DNA of 64,000 bases, from contig JBBRLQ010000007.1 of the NCBI GenBank assembly GCA_038231275.1, positions 1 to 64,000 of the forward strand, written 5' to 3'. The stretch comes from Polyangiales bacterium (GTDB lineage Bacteria > Myxococcota_A > Polyangia > Polyangiales > Polyangiaceae). Below the pieces are notes generated by a model. The model was not told the origin of the DNA and searched no databases. It was given only the letters and a program-made list of their open reading frames with translations. Position 1 is the stretch's first letter. Each line of letters opens with the position of its first letter. Positions 27,226 through 36,029 of the stretch are shown piece after piece. The position numbers and the translations under genes are program-made.

Positions 27226-28179
27226 CTAGCTCGAGAGAAACGCGGCGACGCCGTCGAGCGCGGCCGCGGACGAGACGCTGAGGACCTGAATCTCCTTCGC
27301 GGACCGCTTCGCGAGACCTGCGAGCACCTTGCCGGGACCGATCTCGAGCGCGTGCGTGACGCCGCGCTCCTTCATCAGCACCATCGCTTGCTCCCATCGC
27401 ACCGAGCCGGTGACCTGCCGGACGAGGAGCTCCTTCACGCGCGCGGCGTCCACGTTGGGCCGCGCGTCGACGTTGGCCACGATCGGAAAGGCGAGAGGCG
27501 CGATGGTGACCTTCGCGAGCTCTGCCTCGACGACCTTCGCGGCAGGGGCCATGAGCGCGCAGTGGAAGGGAGCGCTCACCTTGAGGGGGATGGCCTTGCC
27601 CTTCTCGGCGTTCGCGAGCTCGCTTACGCGCGTCACCGCCGCCGCGCTGCCGGCGATGACGATCTGGCCGGGCGCGTTGAAGTTCGCGCACGCGACGACG
27701 CCGCCGCTCGCGCCGAGCTCGCTCGTCACCTGCGCGCAGATCGCCTCGAGGCGTTCCGGAGCGAGGCCCATGATCGCCGCCATCGCGCCCGCGCCCGCGG
27801 GGACCGCGTCCTGCATCGCGCGACCGCGCGCGCGGACGAGCCGCACCGCGTCCTCCAGCGTGACCGCGCCCGCGGCGACGAGCGCCGAGTATTCACCGAG
27901 CGAGTGCCCCGCCGCGTACGACGGCGCCGCGAGCGCAGGCACCCTCTCCTTGATCGCGGCCAGGATCGCGCAGCTCACCGCCACGATCGCCGGCTGCGCG
28001 TTCGCCGTCAGTGTCAACGCGTCCTCGGGGCCTTCGAGGACCAGCTTGGTGAGGCCGTCGCCGAGCGCCGCGTCGGCGCGCGCCATCACCTCGCGCGCCG
28101 CCGGGGACGCGTCGAGCACGTCCTTCCCCATCCCCACGGATTGCGAGCCTTGCCCGGGAAATAGCCACGCGATCTGCAT
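27226..28179 (-). CDS. fabD: Malonyl-CoA:ACP transacylase
   Basis: Motifs FPGQGSQ, GHSLGEY, VSAPFH and EIGPGKVL. Confidence 0.97.
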   Translation of the reverse strand: MQIAWLFPGQGSQSVGMGKDVLDASPAAREVMARADAALGDGLTKLVLEGPEDALTLTANAQPAIVAVSCAILAAIKERVPALAAPSYAAGHSLGEYSALVAAGAVTLEDAVRLVRARGRAMQDAVPAGAGAMAAIMGLAPERLEAICAQVTSELGASGGVVACANFNAPGQIVIAGSAAAVTRVSELANAEKGKAIPLKVSAPFHCALMAPAAKVVEAELAKVTIAPLAFPIVANVDARPNVDAARVKELLVRQVTGSVRWEQAMVLMKERGVTHALEIGPGKVLAGLAKRSAKEIQVLSVSSAAALDGVAAFLSS

Positions 28180-28246
28180 CTTGTGGCGCGGGAGTAGCGC
28201 ACCTTTTCGCCCATGTCACGGCGAGAACTAAGGACGGCCTTCGCGC

Positions 28247-29251
28247 TCACACGCGGATGAGCGCGCTGCCCCACGAGATGCCGGCGCCGAGCGCGCACAT
28301 GAGCACCGTTTGGCCTTCTTTGATCGTCCCGGCGCGGATGCTCTGATCGAGCAAGATCGGGATCGACGCGCTCGACGTGTTGCCGACCTTGTCGATGTTC
28401 ACGAGCACCTTCTCGCGCACCACGCCGAGCCGCTCGACGGCCTGGTTGATGATGCGGAGGTTTGCCTGGTGCGGGCAAATCCAGTCGACGTCGTCAGGGC
28501 GCATGCCTGCCTCGTCGACCGCGTCGCGGCTTGCCGAGTACAAGTTCTTCACCGCCGCCTTGAAGATGTCCTGACCCTTCATCTTCACTTTGTGGAGCTT
28601 CTCGTCGAGTACCTGCTGCGAGGCAGGCGTGGCGCTGCCGCCGCCAGGGATCATCAGCGAGCGCGCGAGCGAGCCGTCGCTCAGGATCTTGGTCGACAAG
28701 ATGCCGCGCGGGCGCTCCACCGGCGTCGGATCGGCGGGGCCGACGATCACGGCGCCGGCGCCGTCGCCGAAGAGGACGCACGTGCCGCGGTCCTCCCAAT
28801 CGATGACGCGCGACAGGAGCTCTACGCCGACCACGAGGATGTGCCTCGCGGCGCCGGCGCGGATGAAGTTGTCGGCGATCGAGAGGCCGTAGAGGAACCC
28901 CGCGCACGCCGCCGAGATGTCGAACGAGGGGATGTTCACCGCGCCGAGCTTCTGCTGCACGAACACCGCCGTCGCCGGCATCGGCATGTCGGGCGTCACC
29001 GTGCCGACGATGATCATGTCGAGATCGGCGGCCGTGAGCCCTGCCATCTTGAGCGCGCTCTCCGCGGCGGCGGCGGCCATGTCGCTCGTGACGATTTCCG
29101 GCGGCGCGATGCGGCGCTCGCGGATGCCGGTCCTCTCCGTGATCCACTCGTCCGTCGTATCGACCATCTTGGCGAGGTCGGCGTTCGTGCGGACGATCGG
29201 CGGGAGGTAGTGGCCCGTCCCTAGGATTCGGGCTTTCGGCGGAGTCTTCAA
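28247..29251 (-). CDS. fabH: Beta-ketoacyl-ACP synthase III
   Basis: Motifs DTTDEWITERTGI, AACAGF, LFGDGAGA, HQAN and GNTSSAS; TTG start. Confidence 0.96.
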   Translation of the reverse strand: MKTPPKARILGTGHYLPPIVRTNADLAKMVDTTDEWITERTGIRERRIAPPEIVTSDMAAAAAESALKMAGLTAADLDMIIVGTVTPDMPMPATAVFVQQKLGAVNIPSFDISAACAGFLYGLSIADNFIRAGAARHILVVGVELLSRVIDWEDRGTCVLFGDGAGAVIVGPADPTPVERPRGILSTKILSDGSLARSLMIPGGGSATPASQQVLDEKLHKVKMKGQDIFKAAVKNLYSASRDAVDEAGMRPDDVDWICPHQANLRIINQAVERLGVVREKVLVNIDKVGNTSSASIPILLDQSIRAGTIKEGQTVLMCALGAGISWGSALIRV

Positions 29252-29392
29252 GATGATGGAGGTGTACTCGATCCTGCGTCCCGGGCGAGCGCTTTCCTGC
29301 GCGAAGATCGCGGGAAACTGCAGTCGGAACCTACAGAATTAAGAGGACGCAGCGCGCGGTCTAGTCGCGAGGCGCGACGCGCGAGAAAAGAA

Positions 29393-29590
29393 TCAGTCGG
29401 CCTTGCCGGCCTTCTTCGCTCCGGGGATCTCGCGCCCCTTGTAGTGACCGCAGGACGCGCACGCGCGGTGCGGGACCGTGGGCTCGCCACACTTCGGGCA
29501 CGCGATGAGCTGCACCGGCGTCACCTTGTCGTGGTTGGCGCGCCGCATGTTGCGCTTCGATCGGCTGGTTCGTCGCTTGGGGACCGCCAC
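29393..29590 (-). CDS. rpmF: 50S ribosomal protein L32
   Basis: AVPKRRTSRSKRNMRR with CPKC...HRACASCGHY. Confidence 0.98.
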   Translation of the reverse strand: MAVPKRRTSRSKRNMRRANHDKVTPVQLIACPKCGEPTVPHRACASCGHYKGREIPGAKKAGKAD

Positions 29591-29606
29591 GGGGGCTACT
29601 CCTTCT

Positions 29607-30179
29607 TCACTTCTGGGGCTTTGCGAGGCGCTGCTTGATTTGCAGCAAGGGCAAAAGGCGCGGGTCGATGGGTTTGTCGGACCCCCCGGCAGACCTGGCG
29701 GGGGCAGAGCTAATACCCGGGCAGTCCTCGCGACACAAGGGGATCATGGGAGTTTCGAGAACGAGCTCGTCGCGGACGAGATCATCCAGGACGACCGTGT
29801 CGCCGTCGTACGGGTGCGTCTCGGCCTCGTCCTGCCTGAACTCGTACTCGTCTGCGTCCGGCGACCGCACCTGCGCGGTGGGCACCATGAGGGCGCTAAT
29901 CGCCTGATCTACGGTGATTTTTACGGGGTCGAGGCAGCGCGCGCACGGGGCGACGAGCTCCGCCTTCAAGGTTCCGTGGACGATGACGTCGGTGCCGCTC
30001 TTCGACAAGCGCACCTCGAGCGAGCCGTCTTGCCCCGAAGCGCTCGCCTCGTGCCCCTCGAGCGCCTGGGCCATCCACGCGGCACGGACCGGGAAGGAGT
30101 GGGACCGCCCCGCGGCGTCCAGGGTGGTAACGGGGATCGAAAACTCGTGCGCGGCGACCATGACGGAGCGCGCGTTCAA
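29607..30179 (-). CDS. yceD: DUF177/YceD family protein
   Basis: Motifs CARCL, PLCREDCPG and IDPR; directly upstream of rpmF. Start may be 30161. Confidence 0.92.
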   Translation of the reverse strand: MNARSVMVAAHEFSIPVTTLDAAGRSHSFPVRAAWMAQALEGHEASASGQDGSLEVRLSKSGTDVIVHGTLKAELVAPCARCLDPVKITVDQAISALMVPTAQVRSPDADEYEFRQDEAETHPYDGDTVVLDDLVRDELVLETPMIPLCREDCPGISSAPARSAGGSDKPIDPRLLPLLQIKQRLAKPQK

Positions 30180-30216
30180 CCACGGAAGGCGTGGCCACGC
30201 AAGCTCGTCCGCCGAA

Positions 30217-30702
30217 TCAGGCGCGCCGGTAGCGGCCCTGCATGAGGCGCTCCCACGCCGGCGTCGTCGTCCCCCCTTGGTCGGGGCCGAGGAGGCGATC
30301 GATGCGGAAGTCGTAGACGTTGCCGCCGTGATGGATCGTGTAGACGTAGCGGACGCGTCCGTGCGGCGCGGCGCGCTCGAAGGTGAGCATGTCGTCGTCC
30401 CAGCGTCCTTCGACAGGCGCGTCCGGCGCAGGCCCCGACGTGTCGAACCAGTACATGCGGTAGACGTCCTGCGCCTCCCACGCGTAGAGGCCGTGACCCT
30501 CGAGGATCACCTTGCCGTCGCGCTCCTCGACGTAGTCGGTGACGAGCACGCGCCCGCCGAGCGCCATGCGCGCAACTGTGCGTCCGATCGCGAGCCCGCC
30601 GCGCGGGTACCACGGCGTCGGCGCGACCGTCTCCTCCCCGACCCACTCCCCGACGAATTCGCGAAGACGGTTGCCGTTTTCGCGTCCCCCAGCTGACGTC
30701 AT
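30217..30702 (-). CDS. DUF1579-like beta-barrel protein
   Basis: L..FVGEWVGEE, LGGR, Y..YWFD..G and C-terminal YRR pattern. Confidence 0.65.
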   Translation of the reverse strand: MTSAGGRENGNRLREFVGEWVGEETVAPTPWYPRGGLAIGRTVARMALGGRVLVTDYVEERDGKVILEGHGLYAWEAQDVYRMYWFDTSGPAPDAPVEGRWDDDMLTFERAAPHGRVRYVYTIHHGGNVYDFRIDRLLGPDQGGTTTPAWERLMQGRYRRA

Positions 30703-30718
30703 GCGGCAAGGTTAGCGC

Positions 30719-31156
30719 ATGACGTTGACGAACTTCACCCCCCTCGCGTCATTGGCGGGGGGCGTCATGATTGGCCTCGCCGCCGCGATGGTCCTCCTCG
30801 GGTGCGGCCGAATCGCGGGGATCAGCGGCGTTTTCGCGAGCGCCCTCACACCTCGCAAGGGAGAGGACGGCGCGTGGCGACTCCTCTTCCTCGGAGGCCT
30901 CGTCGTCGGCGGCGTCCTCCTCTCTTTATTCGCGCCGGGCACCCTTGGCGCGCCGGTGACGGGCTCGGTCGGCCGCGCGATCGCGGGAGGCCTCCTCGTC
31001 GGCGTCGGCGTCGAGCTCGGGGCCGGCTGCACGAGCGGCCACGGCGTGTGCGGAATCGGTCGCTTCTCGCCGCGATCGGTCGTCGCGACGATGACGTTCA
31101 TCGCGACCGGCATCCTCACCGTCCTCGCGCTCCACAAATTCGGGGGGGCGTCGTGA
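30719..31156 (+). CDS. YeeE/YedE family sulfur-transport membrane protein
   Basis: Motifs GRIAGISG and GCTSGHGVCG..RFSPRS. Confidence 0.92.
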   Translation: MTLTNFTPLASLAGGVMIGLAAAMVLLGCGRIAGISGVFASALTPRKGEDGAWRLLFLGGLVVGGVLLSLFAPGTLGAPVTGSVGRAIAGGLLVGVGVELGAGCTSGHGVCGIGRFSPRSVVATMTFIATGILTVLALHKFGGAS

Positions 31157-31614
31157 CCTCGTCGCGCCGTAACGCCGTCGCGTTCGCCAGCGGGCTCCTT
31201 TTCGCGGGCGGCCTCGGCCTCTCAGGCATGACGAAGCCGGCCAAGGTGCAGGCGTTCCTCGACGTCACCGGGGACTGGGACCCGAGCCTCATGCTCGTCA
31301 TGGTTGGCGCGATCGGCGTCTACGCGGTCGCGGTCGCCGTCGCGCGCCGCCGCGCCGCGCCGCTCTACGCGACGAGCTTCGCGTGGCCGACGCTCTCGGT
31401 CATCGATGCGCGACTCGTCGTCGGCGCTGCGCTCTTCGGGGTCGGCTGGGGCCTCATGGGCTTCTGCCCGGGCCCCGCGATCGTATCGGTCGCCTCGCTG
31501 GCCCCCGTCACGGTGGTCTTCTTCTTCACGCTCGCGATCACACTCCTCGCGATGCGCCGACTCCTCGGCGGCCGCGACCGCGAAAGCGAAGCATCCGTGC
31601 GCTCCGCGCATTGA
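31153..31614 (+). CDS. YeeE/YedE partner membrane protein (DUF6691-like)
   Basis: Motifs GLGLSGMTKPAKVQAFLD..G.WDPSL and LFGVGWGLMGFCPGP; GTGA overlap. Confidence 0.9.
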   Translation: MTSSRRNAVAFASGLLFAGGLGLSGMTKPAKVQAFLDVTGDWDPSLMLVMVGAIGVYAVAVAVARRRAAPLYATSFAWPTLSVIDARLVVGAALFGVGWGLMGFCPGPAIVSVASLAPVTVVFFFTLAITLLAMRRLLGGRDRESEASVRSAH

Positions 31615-31648
31615 CAGGCCGCTGCGCTACGCGAGAGCCTCTCTCCCC

Positions 31649-33679
31649 ATGAAGCTCGCGCCCTCCGTCGTGCTCTTTGGTCTCGTGATCTCGGCGTCCG
31701 TCGCGTGCGGGGGAGATGCCGCCGCTCCGCCCGCCGCTGCGCCGCCGACGACGTCGCTCGCGTCGACTTCGCCATCAACGACGCCGACCCCGACTCACGT
31801 CTCCCGCCCCGCGCCGAAAGCACCGGTCGCACTCGACGAGTACTTCAAGACGCGACGTGTTCGCGGCCTCACGTTCTCCTACGACGAGAAGCTCGTCGCC
31901 TTCATGAGCGATCAGGGCGGCCGACCCGATCTCTGGGTGGAGCCGGTGGCCGGTGGCGCGGCGACGCAGATCACCCACGTCGACGGCTTCATCCATTCCT
32001 TCTCCTTCTCTCCGACGGCCGACGTCCTCGCCTTCGAGGCCGACAAGGGCGGCGACGAGCTCCCCCACCTGTTTCTCACCAACGCGAAGGGCGACGCGCC
32101 GAAAGACGTGGTGGCCGATCTCCCGGCCGGGCGACGCACGCAGTTCGTACAATGGGCCGAGGACGGCAAGACCCTCCTCTTCTTGTCGAGCCAGCGCGAC
32201 GAGAAGAGCCTCGATTTGTACGAGCTCGACGTGAAGACCGGGAAGTCGACGCTCCTATGGAAGAGCGAGGGGGCGCTCTCGTTCGCGGGCGCGAGCCATG
32301 ACGGACGGCGCTTCCTGGTCGCCGAGACGAAGAGCTCGTCGAACAGCGACCTCTACCTCGTCGAGCGCGCCAAGCCCGCCGAGAAGAAGATCCTGACCGC
32401 CCATACCGGCGACGCGCTGTTCGACGGGAATTTTTCGCACGACGGGAAGACGCTCCTCCTCACGAGCGACGAGAAAGGCGAGGCGCGTGCGCTCTACGGC
32501 GTCGACCTCGCAAGCCTCAAGAAGAGCCCGCTTCGTGACGGGCCGTGGGACATCGAGTGGGCCACCGACTCGCACTCCGGCAAGTATCGCCTCTCGTCCG
32601 CGAACGCCGACGGCGCGCCCGAGCTGGTCGTGGCCGAGATCAAGACCGGCAAGCCGATCGCGCTGCCCGCGGCGCCGAGGGGCCTGGCGTGGGACGCGCT
32701 CGACTTCACGCGCTCCGGCCCGTTCGTCCTCGGATTCTCGAAATCGGAGCGCTACCTCGGCGTCGTCGCGCGTGGCGACACCGCGCCGGCCGTGCCTTAC
32801 GTGATCGACCTGCAGAAGGGCACCGCCGTCGCCGTGTCGGACACGCTCCCGCCAACCCTGCGCGATCGCGCGATGGTGACCGGGACGTCGGTGAAGATCC
32901 CGTCGTTCGACGGCAAGTCGGTGCCCGCGTACCTGTACGCGCCGCCGGGCCCTGGCCCGTTCCCGGCGGTCATCAACGTGCACGGCGGACCGACCGCGCA
33001 GAGCAAGCGCGATTTTTTTACGATGGGCCAGTACCTCGTGAGCAAGGGCTACGTCGTCCTCGTCCCCAACGTGCGCGGCTCCACCGGGTACGGCAAGACG
33101 TGGACGCGCCTCAACAACCACGACATCGGCGGCGGCCCGCTCAAGGACGTCGTCGCGTGCAAGAAATACCTCGTCGCCGCGGCCCACGTCGCCGCCGATC
33201 AGGTCGCCGTCATGGGCGGCAGCTACGGCGGCTACATGGCGCTCGCCGCGGCGACGTTCGCGCCTGACGAGTTCGCCGCGAACGTGGATTTCTTCGGCGT
33301 GAGCGATCTGAAGTCGCTCGTCGAGAGCTTCCCGGCCTATTGGGCGGCGGGCGCGGCCGACATCTACGAAAAATTCGGCGATCCGAAGAACCCCGCCGAC
33401 GCCGCATACCAACACGACCAGTCGCCCATCCACTTCATGTCCCGCGTGACCCACCCGCTCCTCGTCGTGCAAGGAGACAAGGACGCGCGCGTGAAGAAGG
33501 ACCAATCCGATCGCATCGTCCTTGGCCTCCGCGCGCGGAAGATCCCCGTGCCTTACCTCGTGCTCGAGAACGAAGGGCACGGCTTCACGCGGATCGAGAA
33601 CACGCAGAAGGCGTACGCGTTGACCGATCGCTTCCTCGACCACTACCTCCTCGGCGACGACACCGTCGCGGTCGAGTAG
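31649..33679 (+). CDS. S9 family (prolyl oligopeptidase/acylaminoacyl peptidase) lipoprotein
   Basis: Lipobox VAC; beta-propeller; HGGP, RGSTGYG, GGSYGG, D in DARV and H in EGHGF. Confidence 0.93.
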   Translation: MKLAPSVVLFGLVISASVACGGDAAAPPAAAPPTTSLASTSPSTTPTPTHVSRPAPKAPVALDEYFKTRRVRGLTFSYDEKLVAFMSDQGGRPDLWVEPVAGGAATQITHVDGFIHSFSFSPTADVLAFEADKGGDELPHLFLTNAKGDAPKDVVADLPAGRRTQFVQWAEDGKTLLFLSSQRDEKSLDLYELDVKTGKSTLLWKSEGALSFAGASHDGRRFLVAETKSSSNSDLYLVERAKPAEKKILTAHTGDALFDGNFSHDGKTLLLTSDEKGEARALYGVDLASLKKSPLRDGPWDIEWATDSHSGKYRLSSANADGAPELVVAEIKTGKPIALPAAPRGLAWDALDFTRSGPFVLGFSKSERYLGVVARGDTAPAVPYVIDLQKGTAVAVSDTLPPTLRDRAMVTGTSVKIPSFDGKSVPAYLYAPPGPGPFPAVINVHGGPTAQSKRDFFTMGQYLVSKGYVVLVPNVRGSTGYGKTWTRLNNHDIGGGPLKDVVACKKYLVAAAHVAADQVAVMGGSYGGYMALAAATFAPDEFAANVDFFGVSDLKSLVESFPAYWAAGAADIYEKFGDPKNPADAAYQHDQSPIHFMSRVTHPLLVVQGDKDARVKKDQSDRIVLGLRARKIPVPYLVLENEGHGFTRIENTQKAYALTDRFLDHYLLGDDTVAVE

Positions 33680-33712
33680 CGAAGGACTCGCCAGCGCGCC
33701 GGCACCAAGCCC

Positions 33713-33761
33713 TAGACAATCCACGCGGATGGGGTAGATGTTTCGTACGCGAAACATCTAC
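33713..33761 (+). promoter_or_regulatory. Promoter with a 12-bp perfect inverted repeat (likely MarR operator)
   Basis: TAGACA (-35-like) at 33713; GTAGATGTTTCG-tacg-CGAAACATCTAC at 33734-33761, just upstream of the marR gene. Confidence 0.75.
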
Positions 33762-33778
33762 GTGCTCGCGCCAGGAGC

Positions 33779-34273
33779 TTGCCTTTGCCCCCCATCTCGC
33801 CCGACATCAAGCAAGAGGTCGATCAGGTCTTCGAGGCCGTCGTCTACCTCTATACGGAGAGCCGCCGCCTCACGAAGGAGCTCGCGCGCCGGGCGCAGCT
33901 CACCGGCCCGCAGCTCACGGTCGTTAAGATCCTCGAGTCGATCGGCGATCTCTCGCTCTCCGAGCTCTCGGACAAGATCCGCGCGCAGAACAGCACGGTC
34001 ACCGGCATCATCGACCGCATGGAGCGCGAGGGGCTCGTCCAGCGCGTGCGCTCGACCGAAGACCGCCGCGTGGTCCACATCAGCCTCACCGACAAGGGCG
34101 CCAAGCTCGCGCGCGAGATCCCGATCGAGCCGATGGAGATCTTCCGGAGCGCGATCGAGAGCCTCTCGGCGCAGGAGATGCGGGATCTCATGAAGATCCT
34201 GATGAAGGTCGCCAAGCGCGTGAAGCAGATCGTCCGCCGCGATGTCGGCGAAGACGCCGTGGTCGCCAAGTAA
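33779..34273 (+). CDS. MarR family transcriptional regulator
   Basis: LTGPQLTVV...LSELS...STVTGIIDRMEREGLV.R..STEDRR...LTDKG. Confidence 0.95.
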   Translation: MPLPPISPDIKQEVDQVFEAVVYLYTESRRLTKELARRAQLTGPQLTVVKILESIGDLSLSELSDKIRAQNSTVTGIIDRMEREGLVQRVRSTEDRRVVHISLTDKGAKLAREIPIEPMEIFRSAIESLSAQEMRDLMKILMKVAKRVKQIVRRDVGEDAVVAK

Positions 34274-34313
34274 GCGCGAACGAGCACGAGAGAGACGAAA
34301 GAGGAGAACAGCG

Positions 34314-35228
34314 ATGAGCGAAACGACCCCCGCCACGAAGCGCGATCCCGACGTCTGCGTCATCACGTGCGCCCTCACCGGCGTCCTCGCCAACCGCAAG
34401 CAGTGCGCGGCGATTCCCTACACTCCCGCCGAAATCGCCGACGAGGCCAAGCGCGCCTACGACGCCGGCGCCAGCGTCGTCCACATCCACGCCCGCAACG
34501 ACGACGGCAGCCCCACCTTCAGCCCCGCCACGTTCGCGAAGATCAAAGAGGAGATCCAGAAGAGGTGCCCCATCCTCCTCAACTTCTCGACGGGAACCAT
34601 CCTCGAGGACGTGACCGATCAGTGCACGTACCTCCGCGAGAGCCGCCCCCACATCGGCGCGCTCAACATGGGGACGATGAACTATTCGAAGTACTCCGAG
34701 AAGCGGAAGGACTTCGTCTTCGACATGGTCTTTCCGAACACGTACGGAAAAATCATCAAGATGCTCTCGGCGATGAACGAGAGCGGCGTCAAGCCCGAGC
34801 TCGAGTGCTTCGACAGCGGCCACACCCACGGCATCTGGCCGCTGCTCGACATGGGCATCCTGCGTCCGCCGCTCCAGTTCTCGTTCATCGTGAACGTGCT
34901 CGGAGGCATCCCGCCGACCGTCGAGAGCCTCCAGCTGCAAAAGCAGATCGCGCTGTCGCTCGCGCCCGACAGCGAGTGGGAGGTCATCGGCATCAGCAAA
35001 TGCGGCTGGCGCATGATCGCGACCGCGCTCGTCCTCGGCGGCAACATCCGCGCGGGGCTCGAGGACAACCTCTACTTGCCGGGCGGCGAGATGGCGAAGT
35101 CGAACGGCGACCTCATCGAGGTGGCGGCGCGCATGGTGAGGGACGTCGGTCGTCGCCCCGCGACGGTAGAGGAGGCGAAGAAGATCCTGAGCCTCGACGC
35201 GTTCCAGGCCCAGAAGGCGGCGGAGTGA
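34314..35228 (+). CDS. Beta-keto acid cleavage enzyme (BKACE/Kce, DUF849)
   Basis: Motifs ITCALTG, IPYTPAEIA, GASVVHIHAR, PELECFD and GGNIRAGLEDN. Confidence 0.93.
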   Translation: MSETTPATKRDPDVCVITCALTGVLANRKQCAAIPYTPAEIADEAKRAYDAGASVVHIHARNDDGSPTFSPATFAKIKEEIQKRCPILLNFSTGTILEDVTDQCTYLRESRPHIGALNMGTMNYSKYSEKRKDFVFDMVFPNTYGKIIKMLSAMNESGVKPELECFDSGHTHGIWPLLDMGILRPPLQFSFIVNVLGGIPPTVESLQLQKQIALSLAPDSEWEVIGISKCGWRMIATALVLGGNIRAGLEDNLYLPGGEMAKSNGDLIEVAARMVRDVGRRPATVEEAKKILSLDAFQAQKAAE

Positions 35229-36010
35229 GCGAACGCGCCTACCAGAGGATCCGCGTCGCGCGCGGGGGAGGCGTGGAGACGATCACGCTCCACTACCCGG
35301 AGCGCCGCAACGCGATCGGCCCGGTCATGGTGAACGAGCTGCTCTATGCGCTCGACGACGCGCGCGCGGCCGAGGGCGTGTCCGCGATCGTGCTCACCGG
35401 AGAAGGCAAAGCGTTTTGCGCGGGCGGCGACTTCGCGCAGATGACCGGCGGTGCCGACGGTCCGGTCCTCCCTCCGAAGGGGGACTACGCGGATCTGCTC
35501 CTCACGATGGTGAACCACGACAAGCCGATCGTCGCGAAGGTGAACGGCGCGGCGATGGGCGGCGGCCTCGGCCTCGTCGCGGCGAGCACGTTCGCGATCG
35601 CGTCCACCGAGGCAACGCTCGGCACGCCGGAGATCAACGTCGGGCTCTTCCCGATGATGATCATGGCGGTCCTCCAGCGCTTGGTGCCGCGTCGCCGCCT
35701 CGTCGAGATGATGCTCTTCGGCGAGAAGCTCACCGCGGAAGACGCGCATAGGGCGGGGATCGTGAACCGCGTCGTGGCGCCGGGCGAGCTCGACGGCGCG
35801 GTCGCCCTGGTCGTGAACAAGCTCGCGCAGAAGAGCCCACTCACCGTCGCGCTCGGCCTCCGCGCGTTCGCGGCGCAAGACGATCTCGAGCTCGAGGCCG
35901 CGCTCCCGCTCCTCCGTGAGCGTCTCGCGCAGATCCTCGCGACCGACGACGCGCGCGAGGGCCTCATGGCCTTCCTCGAGAAGCGCAGCCCGAAGTGGAC
36001 AGGAAAGTGA
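35225..36010 (+). CDS. Enoyl-CoA hydratase/isomerase (crotonase) family protein
   Basis: Motifs AFCAGGD, AMGGGLGL, PEINVGL and EGLMAFLEKR.P.W; GTGA overlap. Confidence 0.93.
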   Translation: MSERAYQRIRVARGGGVETITLHYPERRNAIGPVMVNELLYALDDARAAEGVSAIVLTGEGKAFCAGGDFAQMTGGADGPVLPPKGDYADLLLTMVNHDKPIVAKVNGAAMGGGLGLVAASTFAIASTEATLGTPEINVGLFPMMIMAVLQRLVPRRRLVEMMLFGEKLTAEDAHRAGIVNRVVAPGELDGAVALVVNKLAQKSPLTVALGLRAFAAQDDLELEAALPLLRERLAQILATDDAREGLMAFLEKRSPKWTGK

Positions 36011-36029
36011 CAGGGGCCAGGAGCGAACG

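Noticed and set aside
24656-29251. Type II polyketide biosynthetic cluster
   Set aside because: This is the canonical primary fatty-acid operon linked to rpmF/yceD, with no chain-length factor or tailoring enzymes.
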